From a bacterium (lineage in GTDB: Bacteria > Babelota > Babeliae > Babelales > JAUWHS01), in contig JAUWHS010000099.1 in assembly GCA_030605785.1 (NCBI GenBank), positions 1 to 34,499 of the forward strand: a DNA stretch of 34,499 nucleotides, given 5' to 3'. How positions within the stretch are numbered: position 1 is the stretch's first letter; the number at the start of each line of letters is the position of its first letter. Of this stretch, positions 27,327 to 34,499 are shown piece after piece. The notes beneath the pieces are model-generated. The model did not search any database. It was not told the origin of the DNA and saw only the letters and a program-made list of their open reading frames with translations. The position numbers were made by a program, and so were the translations under genes.

Positions 27327-27390
27327 AAACGACGAATTCAAGTCCTGTCGGGCATGCCATTTTCTATTTACAAAAAAAACAATTTCTAAA

Positions 27391-27603
27391 ATGACAAAAT
27401 TTTATCTATATATTCTCCTTTGCTCAGACAGCAGTTTCTACGTTGGTCAAACTGACAACTTAAAAAAAAGAGTTCACGAACATGAAACTGGAAAATTTCC
27501 TGGATACACACATTCTAGAAGACCATTAAAACTTGTATTCAGCAAAACATTCAATTCCCGTAAAGATGTATTAGCAACAGAACGTAAAATTTTTTTCGCA
27601 TAA
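27391..27603 (+). pseudogene. GIY-YIG nuclease (UPF0213/YhbQ-like), apparently C-terminally truncated
   Basis: FYLYILLCSDSSFYVGQTDNLKKRVHEH...YTHSRRPLKLV...ATERKI, then an abrupt FFA-stop. The usual C-terminal KxWSRxKK helix is absent. Confidence 0.65.
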
Positions 27604-27661
27604 AAATCAGGGTAACATTTCACCCAACATGTATAAAAATCAAGGGAACTTTATATTAAAA

Positions 27662-27705
27662 AAAAGATCCATTTGAAAAAATTAGATTTTTCAAACGGAT
27701 CTTTT
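27662..27705. terminator. Long bidirectional hairpin terminator between GIY-YIG and the DEAD-box gene
   Basis: AAAAGATCC-a-TTTGAAAAA loop TTTTTCAAA-c-GGATCTTTT. Confidence 0.75.
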
Positions 27706-27726
27706 AATATTTTAAAAAAGAATTAT

Positions 27727-29151
27727 TTAATAACGAAAACGTCTTTGTGATGACATTTTTGATTTACCTTCACCTTCAATAACCATTTTAAGAAGCGCTG
27801 CTGAAAGATTTTCTAAAGAAGTATCATCATCAACCAACTCATTCATCATGTGTAAATATTTTGATAAATCATCTTTTCTTACTTTTTTAACGCGACTATT
27901 TATTTTAGAAAAAAGACTTCGTTGTTTTTCATTTTTGTTCTTATTATTTGAGCTTGCGGTACTTGTCTTTTTTACTTGTACAAACTCGTCATGATTAATT
28001 TTATCTCTAGAAACAAATTCAGGGTCGAAAAGATTGTTTATACTTTTTCTCTCAATATCTGTTTTTGTAAATCTCATAATATCACGAAATTTTCCAAACT
28101 CAGTTCTTGATACCAAACTAATTGCTTTACCTGTTTTTCCGGCTCTTCCGGTTCTTCCAATTCTGTGAACGTATGATTCAGTCTCTCTTGGAATTCCATA
28201 GTTAAAAACAATTTCCACATTAGAAACGTCAATACCGCGAGCCGCAACGTCTGTCGCAACTAAAACATTAACTTTTTCATTTCTAAATTTATTCATAATA
28301 GTATCACGCTTATTTTGTCTGATATCACCATGAAGCGCCGCGGAGTAAAAACCGTGTGAGCGTAAATCATCGCAAACAGCATCAACTTTTCTTTTGGTAT
28401 TACAAAAAACAATAGAAAGTCTCGGATTATGTTCTGTAAGCAATTGCGAAAGCAATCTAGTTTTTCTTGATGGCTCAACATCAAAATAAGATTGTTTAAT
28501 CATTTTTGAACTAATTTCTTCACTTAAAACTTTGATAAGTTTTGGATTTTTTTGAAACTGCTTTGTTAAGTTTAAAACTTCACGTGACATCGTCGCGGAA
28601 AAAAGAGTTGTTTGTCTGTTATTTGGTGTGCCTTTTAAAATTTGATGGAGATCAGGTCTAAAACCCATATCAAGCATTTCATCAGCTTCATCCAAAACAA
28701 CCATTTTAACTTTGCCTAACTTTAAAGTTCCACGTTTAATATGGTCTAAAGTTCTACCGGGAGTTCCAACAACAATTTGAGCCCCTTTTCTTAAGCCATA
28801 AAATTGCCTTTCAATTGGTTGACCACCATAAACGGGCAATGCAAAAATATTCTTTTTATATTTTAAAAATTTATTAATTTCAGATGAAACCTGTATCGCA
28901 AGTTCTCTGGTCGGACACAAAACAAGAATCTGAACAGCTTGCTGTCCCTCATCAATTTTTTCAATTGCGGGAAGAGCAAATGCCGCCGTTTTACCTGTTC
29001 CGGTTGAAGCATGACCTATAATATCTTTTCCTAAAATAATTTCAGGAATTGCTTTTGATTGGATGGGAGTCATTTGTTCAAACCCCATACCTGAGATTGC
29101 TTTTAAAAGCTCATTTGATAAATTTAATTCTTCGAATTTTAGTTCATTCAT
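27727..29151 (-). CDS. DEAD-box RNA helicase (CsdA/DeaD/CshA-like, no C-terminal DbpA RNA-binding domain)
   Basis: Q motif, TGTGKT, PTRELA, TPGR, DEAD, SAT, ATDVAARGID and HRIGRTGRAG motifs. Confidence 0.93.
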   Translation of the reverse strand: MNELKFEELNLSNELLKAISGMGFEQMTPIQSKAIPEIILGKDIIGHASTGTGKTAAFALPAIEKIDEGQQAVQILVLCPTRELAIQVSSEINKFLKYKKNIFALPVYGGQPIERQFYGLRKGAQIVVGTPGRTLDHIKRGTLKLGKVKMVVLDEADEMLDMGFRPDLHQILKGTPNNRQTTLFSATMSREVLNLTKQFQKNPKLIKVLSEEISSKMIKQSYFDVEPSRKTRLLSQLLTEHNPRLSIVFCNTKRKVDAVCDDLRSHGFYSAALHGDIRQNKRDTIMNKFRNEKVNVLVATDVAARGIDVSNVEIVFNYGIPRETESYVHRIGRTGRAGKTGKAISLVSRTEFGKFRDIMRFTKTDIERKSINNLFDPEFVSRDKINHDEFVQVKKTSTASSNNKNKNEKQRSLFSKINSRVKKVRKDDLSKYLHMMNELVDDDTSLENLSAALLKMVIEGEGKSKMSSQRRFRY

Positions 29152-29202
29152 AACAATTATACCTTTTAGTTTTTGTAAGCTTAAATACCTACTTATTAAA
29201 AT

Positions 29203-29442
29203 AAAACATCATCGTGCCAAGTATTTTCCTTATTGGCTCTCACCAATTTGGCGCTCACACTTAAGGCCGACTTGCTTAATTTTAAAAAGCAAACAAAAAC
29301 AGAAGTAAATAACACTTCTTACAAAAACCTCTAGATATAATGATAAATCACTTATTTGAGATTTTAACCTTTAAAGAAAGCCCCCAGACAGTTCTTTTGC
29401 CGTTTCAAAACCTATTTATCTACAAGGCAAAGTACTTCGTCT
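29203..29442 (-). ncRNA. Candidate structured 5' leader of the DEAD-box helicase mRNA (two elements)
   Basis: Two GC-enriched, self-complementary blocks (29203-29277 and 29386-29442) in an AT-rich, ORF-free leader downstream of a promoter. Confidence 0.5.
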
Positions 29443-29492
29443 TAAGTTAACACTTTATCAATAAATGGAATTAACCATTAAATTGAGTTATC

Positions 29493-29520
29493 AACCTAAC
29501 AAATATCTTCTATTTGTCAA
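29493..29520 (-). promoter_or_regulatory. Sigma70 promoter of the DEAD-box gene
   Basis: Consensus TTGACA (29520-29515), 16 bp, then TGn-TAGGTT (extended -10). Confidence 0.55.
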
Positions 29521-29616
29521 ACGATAAAAGTGGAATTTTAGCTAAAAACTCTACTAAATAGAACTCTTCTTACAACATTCATGAAAAAAGGTTCAGTAAT
29601 ATTAAAATTACAATAA

Positions 29617-30420
29617 TTAAGATTTTCGCTCAAAAGTTAATTTTCCATCAGAATAGTTAAAAATTGTAAAATTATATCCACCAACATTTATTACTCTTAT
29701 TTTTTTATTCCATAAATATGTACTTGATTTATGAACATGACCATTAATAATGGCTTTAATATTATATTTCTGTATCAGATTATAAAAAATATTTTTTTCG
29801 TCATCTGACCAAAAATCACTATATTTTCCTTCAATATTATAGTGAAAAAAAATAATAACAGGCCGATGCCCAATCCATTTCAAAAGATCATCTAACCACA
29901 AACAAGTATTAAAATCAGGATAAATTCCACAACAAAGAAAAAAAACTCCATCAGTTTTAAAATAATAATTTATTCCGTTTGTAGATTCCTCTATTTTTTT
30001 GTATGCCGATTTACGACAAATTTTGCGGTAATCAAGAATTTTCTCATGATTGCCAGCGCAAAGATAAACATTTGATGCTCCAATTTGGCTAATTAAAGGA
30101 ACCACCCATTGTTGTTCAAAATCATGCCATTCATCTATCAAATTACAACAACCACAACAATTGAATCTTGGATTTGCCCAACCATGATCAACCAAATCAC
30201 CAACAATCAGCGCAAATTTTATCTCTTCATCATCTTTCATTTCCTGTATAATTGGCTCACGAAGTTTAAGTTTTTCCACCGCAACATTATTGCCACTCTC
30301 AACTTGACGCCCAATATGAGTATCCGAAAAAGCTATAAATTTAAATGGTGTCACGTAATTAACAAAAAAAGTAATTACAAAAAACAGAAAAAATGATTTT
30401 TTACTTTTTAATAACAACAT
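29617..30420 (-). CDS. Secreted calcineurin-like metallophosphoesterase
   Basis: Signal-like N-terminus; SDTH, GDLVD, GNHE, FFHY and GHVH motifs; GGGAG RBS. Confidence 0.85.
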   Translation of the reverse strand: MLLLKSKKSFFLFFVITFFVNYVTPFKFIAFSDTHIGRQVESGNNVAVEKLKLREPIIQEMKDDEEIKFALIVGDLVDHGWANPRFNCCGCCNLIDEWHDFEQQWVVPLISQIGASNVYLCAGNHEKILDYRKICRKSAYKKIEESTNGINYYFKTDGVFFLCCGIYPDFNTCLWLDDLLKWIGHRPVIIFFHYNIEGKYSDFWSDDEKNIFYNLIQKYNIKAIINGHVHKSSTYLWNKKIRVINVGGYNFTIFNYSDGKLTFERKS

Positions 30421-30441
30421 AACAAATCTCCCTTTTTTTAT

Positions 30442-31263
30442 TTAAATTGAATACATCCTTTGAAATCTTTTCTTATCAGCAAATGTAGATTTAACTTTTA
30501 ATGTATTTTTTTTAGAAACAGAAAAAGTGGTAAACCCATAGCCTCCAACACCAAAAACCGGAATACCATTCCAATCATCCTCAAATGTTCCATGTTTGTG
30601 TCCGTTAATAATTCCAATAACATTACGATTTTTTATAACTTCGTAAAATTCATTTTTTTCATCATCATTAAAACCATGGCAAGGTTTTGAAATTGTGTAA
30701 TGAAAAAACATAACAATTGGAATGCTTTTATGTACACAACGCAAAAGTAATCTTAAATAATTTCGTGTATTTAAATCAGGATATATACCACAACAAACAA
30801 AAAGAATATTTTCTTTTAAAAAAGAATAATTTTCTAAACCATAATTCTTAAGAGCATCAAAAACAGATTCATTTTTAAAAAACTTTTTACCATAAATATA
30901 ACCCGTATCATGATTACCGGGACAAAGACAAATATTTTGTACCCCTATTTTTTCGGATATAGGATAAAACCAATCAAATAAAAACTTTTCCCATTCGCTT
31001 TCAACAGAATCACAATCGTCAAAGCGACCGTGATCTGTTAAATCTCCAACCATAAGAACAAGATCTGTTTTATTAGTATCTAAATATTTTAACAACAGTC
31101 GCCGAACCTCATGTTTTCGTGCATTAAGATATTTATCACTTCTTCCAACATGAAAATCTGACGCCGCGACAAATTCCAGACCTTTTAGATCTAAAACACA
31201 AACAAAAGAAAAAAAGACAATTGTGGAAAGAAAAAATAAATAGAATTGTTTGACTATAAACAT
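30442..31263 (-). CDS. Secreted calcineurin-like metallophosphoesterase (paralog)
   Basis: SDFH, GDLTD, GNHD, FFHY and GHKH motifs. The start is placed at ATG 31263 (MFIVKQ...), which follows a G-rich RBS; the ORF track starts at 31305. Confidence 0.85.
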   Translation of the reverse strand: MFIVKQFYLFFLSTIVFFSFVCVLDLKGLEFVAASDFHVGRSDKYLNARKHEVRRLLLKYLDTNKTDLVLMVGDLTDHGRFDDCDSVESEWEKFLFDWFYPISEKIGVQNICLCPGNHDTGYIYGKKFFKNESVFDALKNYGLENYSFLKENILFVCCGIYPDLNTRNYLRLLLRCVHKSIPIVMFFHYTISKPCHGFNDDEKNEFYEVIKNRNVIGIINGHKHGTFEDDWNGIPVFGVGGYGFTTFSVSKKNTLKVKSTFADKKRFQRMYSI

Positions 31264-31440
31264 GGCCCCACCCCCTTCTACTGAAAAAGTAAAAGTTATA
31301 GACACCTTTTAGGCTATGTTTATTTCAAATGATTTATCAACAAATAAATTATAACTATGATTTTATGTGGCAATAATAGGGAAAAGTGATTAAAATTAAA
31401 AACTTAATCCTTTTTAACTTTTTATTTCAAAAGGAAAATA

Positions 31441-32016
31441 ATGAAAAAAATAATTTATTACGCAACCGGAAATGAGGGAAAATTTCAGCAGGTTAAACAT
31501 TTTGTTGAAAAAAATAATAAAAGCATAGAGATCAAACAATTTATTGGAGACATTCCGGAAATTCAAACAACGGATCAAAAAGCAATTGCTATTTCAAAAG
31601 CATTGCAAGCCTGGAACAAAATCAAAAAACCATTACTTGTTGATGATAGCGGACTTTATTTCGCGCAATATAATAATTTTCCTGGAACATTAACCAAGTT
31701 TGTTTATCAGGGATTAGGATACAAAGGATTATTAAAGTTGGTTGAAGATGATAACAGGGCATATTTTTTAGTTACACTTGTTTTTATGTTTGATGAAAAT
31801 AAATTCGAAATTTTTGAAGGCAAAATTGACGGTGTAATTAAACCACCGGTTGATGAACCGCCACATCCTCAACTTCCAATGAATAATATTTTTTATCCTG
31901 AAGGAAGAGATCAAAGTTACGCTAAATATTATATTGAAAAAGAAGATGGACTTGTAAAAGATAACGCCAGAATAAAAGCGGTTAGAAAATTTTTGAGTTG
32001 GTATGAAAACCAATAA
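31441..32016 (+). CDS. Ham1/ITPase-family NTP pyrophosphatase, divergent
   Basis: ATGNEGK, IPEIQ, K(A), VDDSGL, FPG and FEGKIDGVI motifs; the base-recognition motifs are altered. Confidence 0.85.
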   Translation: MKKIIYYATGNEGKFQQVKHFVEKNNKSIEIKQFIGDIPEIQTTDQKAIAISKALQAWNKIKKPLLVDDSGLYFAQYNNFPGTLTKFVYQGLGYKGLLKLVEDDNRAYFLVTLVFMFDENKFEIFEGKIDGVIKPPVDEPPHPQLPMNNIFYPEGRDQSYAKYYIEKEDGLVKDNARIKAVRKFLSWYENQ

Positions 32017-32038
32017 GAAGTTTTTTTATAATACAAAA

Positions 32039-32071
32039 AAGAAGAGCTCCGAATTTTTCGGAGCTCTTCTT
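32039..32071. terminator. Bidirectional intrinsic terminator
   Basis: Perfect AAGAAGAGCTCCGAA-ttt-TTCGGAGCTCTTCTT with an A run on the left, i.e. a U tail for the minus-strand gene. Confidence 0.88.
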
Positions 32072-32096
32072 AAATTAATTTATATTGAATCTTTAA

Positions 32097-32957
32097 TTAG
32101 TTAGATCCAATTTCTGCAAGAATTTCATCAAGATTTACTTCTTTACCATTTTCTACTGAATCATTGATTGCTTCTAATAATTCCGGGTTGTTTGCTTTGA
32201 AGTGTTTGTAAAGATAAACAACACCAGCTACAACAGCAGCTGTTCCTACAACGCCACCAGTAATAAATTTCTTCTTGTGAGTTTTAGCATAAGCATAACC
32301 ATTATTAGCCGGAGTCTTAACCCATCTCTCTGTTCTATCAGTATCCCAACCAAAGCGATGTGTTTTATTGTCTATACCTTTTGCACCGGCTTTTGCGCCC
32401 CTCAAAGCCAAATCTTCAAAATAACCACCTGTTGCATTATAATATCTTTTAAAGAATCTATCACCAGTTGTTGTTTCGCCAGGTACTGATTTGTAGAATT
32501 TTGTTGTGTCATCAACTTTTTCTTCCTTAACAGCATCAGGATATTCTACTTTATTACTATCATCACCAGTGAAGTATTTATCAACACCATCAACGGTTTC
32601 TTTTGTCATACCTGCAATTTCTTCACCTTTAGCTGGTTCTGCAGTATCAGTCCATCGTCCTAAACGGCTACCAATTAAAAGTCGAGCAGAAACAGCAACT
32701 AATGCTGTTGCAACTGCGATAGACATATATGGATGATCTTTAACAATGAATTTTACAGTTTTGTTTTTAAAATCAACAACTTTATCTTTAGCTGTAACAA
32801 TTCTGCCTTTTCTAACTTCTATTAATTCTTCAGATTTTGTTTCTTCTGTTAAATCAGCAAGTTGCGCATTAAGATCTGACAAAAGTTCATCAGGATTTGC
32901 GACAACCGCATTTCCGAAAGCAAGTGAAATAAGTAACGCGTATAAAAGTTTCTTCAT
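32097..32957 (-). CDS. Hypothetical membrane protein (signal peptide + two TM helices)
   Basis: Probable start MKKLLYALLISLAFGNAVVA at 32957 with GAGG RBS; TM segments SIAVATALVAVSARLLIG and FITGGVVGTAAVVAGVVYLY. Confidence 0.75.
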   Translation of the reverse strand: MKKLLYALLISLAFGNAVVANPDELLSDLNAQLADLTEETKSEELIEVRKGRIVTAKDKVVDFKNKTVKFIVKDHPYMSIAVATALVAVSARLLIGSRLGRWTDTAEPAKGEEIAGMTKETVDGVDKYFTGDDSNKVEYPDAVKEEKVDDTTKFYKSVPGETTTGDRFFKRYYNATGGYFEDLALRGAKAGAKGIDNKTHRFGWDTDRTERWVKTPANNGYAYAKTHKKKFITGGVVGTAAVVAGVVYLYKHFKANNPELLEAINDSVENGKEVNLDEILAEIGSN

Positions 32958-33307
32958 CGATATCCTCATAAAAAATAAAAAACACATGTTCTTCAACAAC
33001 ACAATCAAGTAACAACCACCATTAACTTAATAACCAAAATAACCAACATTTTTAAAAAACAGCAACTAAATTATCCCCATACATAGCCTCCCCGCTTAAT
33101 GTTTTTACTGTTTTCTTATTGCTAAAAAAATTTATAAAAAAAGTCAAAGAAAAAGAAATTAATAAACTAATTAAAATCAGTCAGCTCATGTTAGCATAAG
33201 CTTTCCAAAATGCAAGCAAAAACTAAAAAAACTTGATGCTATAAAGCTTTTCCAATTCAAACGAATATATAACATTAGAAAAAATTATCAAATATTATAT
33301 TAAAAAT

Positions 33308-34498
33308 TTAAATTAAAATATTTTTATTATTCTTTATTTCCCAAAGTAAATCAAAAACTTGCTTGGGTGAAAGCTCATTTAAATTTAAATTATTAATATC
33401 TCTCAACGCATCTTGCTTATGTTTTAATTGTTGCTTCAGATCAGCAATTTCTTGTAATAGCAGTTCTTTTTCTTTTATTGAAAAAGTATTATTTTCATAA
33501 TCACTTTCATGATCGTTTTCATGCACAACTTCAAATAAGCTTTGCTGTTTGACTAGTTTGGTTTCTAACGCTTTTTGTGATTCCATTTTTTGTAATAAGT
33601 CTGTAGCTCTTAAAACAATTTGTTTTGGTAAGTTCGCGAGCTTCGCGACCTCAAGGCCAAAACTACCTCCTGAAATACCTTTTACAATTTTATATAAAAA
33701 GACAACTTGATCTTTTATTTTTTTGCTCTCCATATAATAATTCGCGATACCATTAAATTTATTACTTAATTTCGTAATCTCATGATAATGTGTCGCGAAT
33801 AAAGCCCTTGCGCCAATCTTTTGAAAAAGATATTCAATAATTGCTTGCGCTAAAGCCATGCCATCAAAAGTACTTGTTCCTCTACCAACTTCATCAAGAA
33901 TAACAAGACTGTTTTTATTAGCTTGGGTGCAAATTGTCGCGGTCTCTTCCATTTCAACTAAAAAAGTACTTTTACCTTCCGCCAAATTATCACCCGAACC
34001 AATACGCGTAAAAATGCGATCTAAAATTGGTAAATTAGAATTATCAACCGGAACAAAACTTCCGCATTGCGCCATAATGCAAATAAGAGCAACTTGACGT
34101 AAGTATGTTGATTTACCACCCATGTTTGGACCGGTTACAATCCACAAAGATTCTTTATCTGTTAAATTTGTATCGTTTGGAATAAATGGTACACCCTGTT
34201 TTTGTTCTATTACCGGATGGCGTCCATTTTTAATTATAATATTTTGTTCTGAATTAAAATTTGGTTTTACATAAGAATGATCATAAGCAACTCGGGCAAA
34301 ACCAAAAATCGCATCAAAATAAGAAAGTGATTGAGCGAGTTGTCTTAAATCGTTCAATCGTTCTTCAACCTCTTTTTTCACCTGTTCAAAAACTTTTTCT
34401 TCAACAGCTTCAACATCATTTTGAGCTTTTAAAAGTAATGTTTCTAATTCTTTTAGCTTTGGAGTTACAAAACGGGAGCGATTAACTAACGTTTGTTG
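33308..34498 (-). CDS. mutS: DNA mismatch repair protein MutS, 3' part (5' end outside the window)
   Basis: The frame is open to the window edge (QQTLVNRSRFVTPKLKELE...); GRHPVIE, TGPNMGGKSTYLRQ, DNLAEGKSTFLVEM, LDEVGRGTST and FATHYHE motifs. Confidence 0.95.
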   Translation of the reverse strand, partial: QQTLVNRSRFVTPKLKELETLLLKAQNDVEAVEEKVFEQVKKEVEERLNDLRQLAQSLSYFDAIFGFARVAYDHSYVKPNFNSEQNIIIKNGRHPVIEQKQGVPFIPNDTNLTDKESLWIVTGPNMGGKSTYLRQVALICIMAQCGSFVPVDNSNLPILDRIFTRIGSGDNLAEGKSTFLVEMEETATICTQANKNSLVILDEVGRGTSTFDGMALAQAIIEYLFQKIGARALFATHYHEITKLSNKFNGIANYYMESKKIKDQVVFLYKIVKGISGGSFGLEVAKLANLPKQIVLRATDLLQKMESQKALETKLVKQQSLFEVVHENDHESDYENNTFSIKEKELLLQEIADLKQQLKHKQDALRDINNLNLNELSPKQVFDLLWEIKNNKNILI

Positions 34499-34499
34499 C

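Larger units (their letters stand above)
25977..27363. mobile_element. tRNA-Arg-integrated mini-island or island remnant (attL 25977-26003, attR 27337-27363)
   Basis: Exact 27-bp direct repeat TTCAAGTCCTGTCGGGCATGCCATTTT, covering the tRNA T-loop through CCA; cargo is a DUF1016 gene; no integrase inside. Confidence 0.85.

Noticed and set aside
27337-27363. A fourth tRNA gene
   Set aside because: Only the T-loop-to-CCA fragment is present; it is the att duplication of tRNA-Arg.
27194-27516. Similar short strings AATTTCTGGATACACATT (~27194) and AATTTCCTGGATACACACATT (~27494)
   Set aside because: Imperfect and short, and the second copy is constrained by GIY-YIG coding; most likely chance.
33278-33306. 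Possible dif site (TTATATTAAAA resembling a XerD arm)
   Set aside because: No matching XerC arm at 6-bp spacing, and the background is very AT-rich.
807-34485. Short ORFs in the track nested in or antisense to long genes (e.g. 807-1079, 4765-5094, 23815-24018, 29063-29308, 32202-33012, 34261-34485)
   Set aside because: They overlap well-supported genes and have no recognisable motifs, consistent with shadow ORFs.

Overview
AT-rich bacterial chromosomal segment (genetic code 11). The gene content and protein families suggest Ca. Babelota (Dependentiae/TM6), intracellular parasites of protists; this taxonomy is an inference. Left end (1-7815): a four-gene surface/secreted-protein cluster, made of the 3' part of a gene with an IxxNSxAI coiled-coil stalk and a beta-solenoid domain, then three tandem paralogs (signal peptide + related beta-solenoid + 7-blade WD40-like propeller). 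These paralogs show gene chimerism, reordered blades and variation focused on the propeller loops. The middle is mostly housekeeping genes (mrdA, xerC, nth, thrS, PIN-PhoH, cmk, recJ, lysS, ftsB-like, rapZ, ctpA), interrupted by two MNT-HEPN toxin-antitoxin pairs and two paralogous secreted proteins with TIKI/ChaN/EreA-like motifs. A tRNA cluster follows (His-GTG, Pro-TGG, Arg-TCT), with a GTAG-tagged hairpin after tRNA-Pro and a 1.36-kb integrase-less island (DUF1016/YhcG) bounded by a 27-bp duplication of the tRNA-Arg 3' end. Next come a truncated GIY-YIG gene, a DEAD-box helicase with a long structured leader, two secreted metallophosphoesterases, a Ham1/ITPase with altered specificity motifs, a membrane protein and the 3' part of mutS. 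Core genes show an excess of CGCG and CCGG. No CRISPR array, rRNA or reverse transcriptase was seen.
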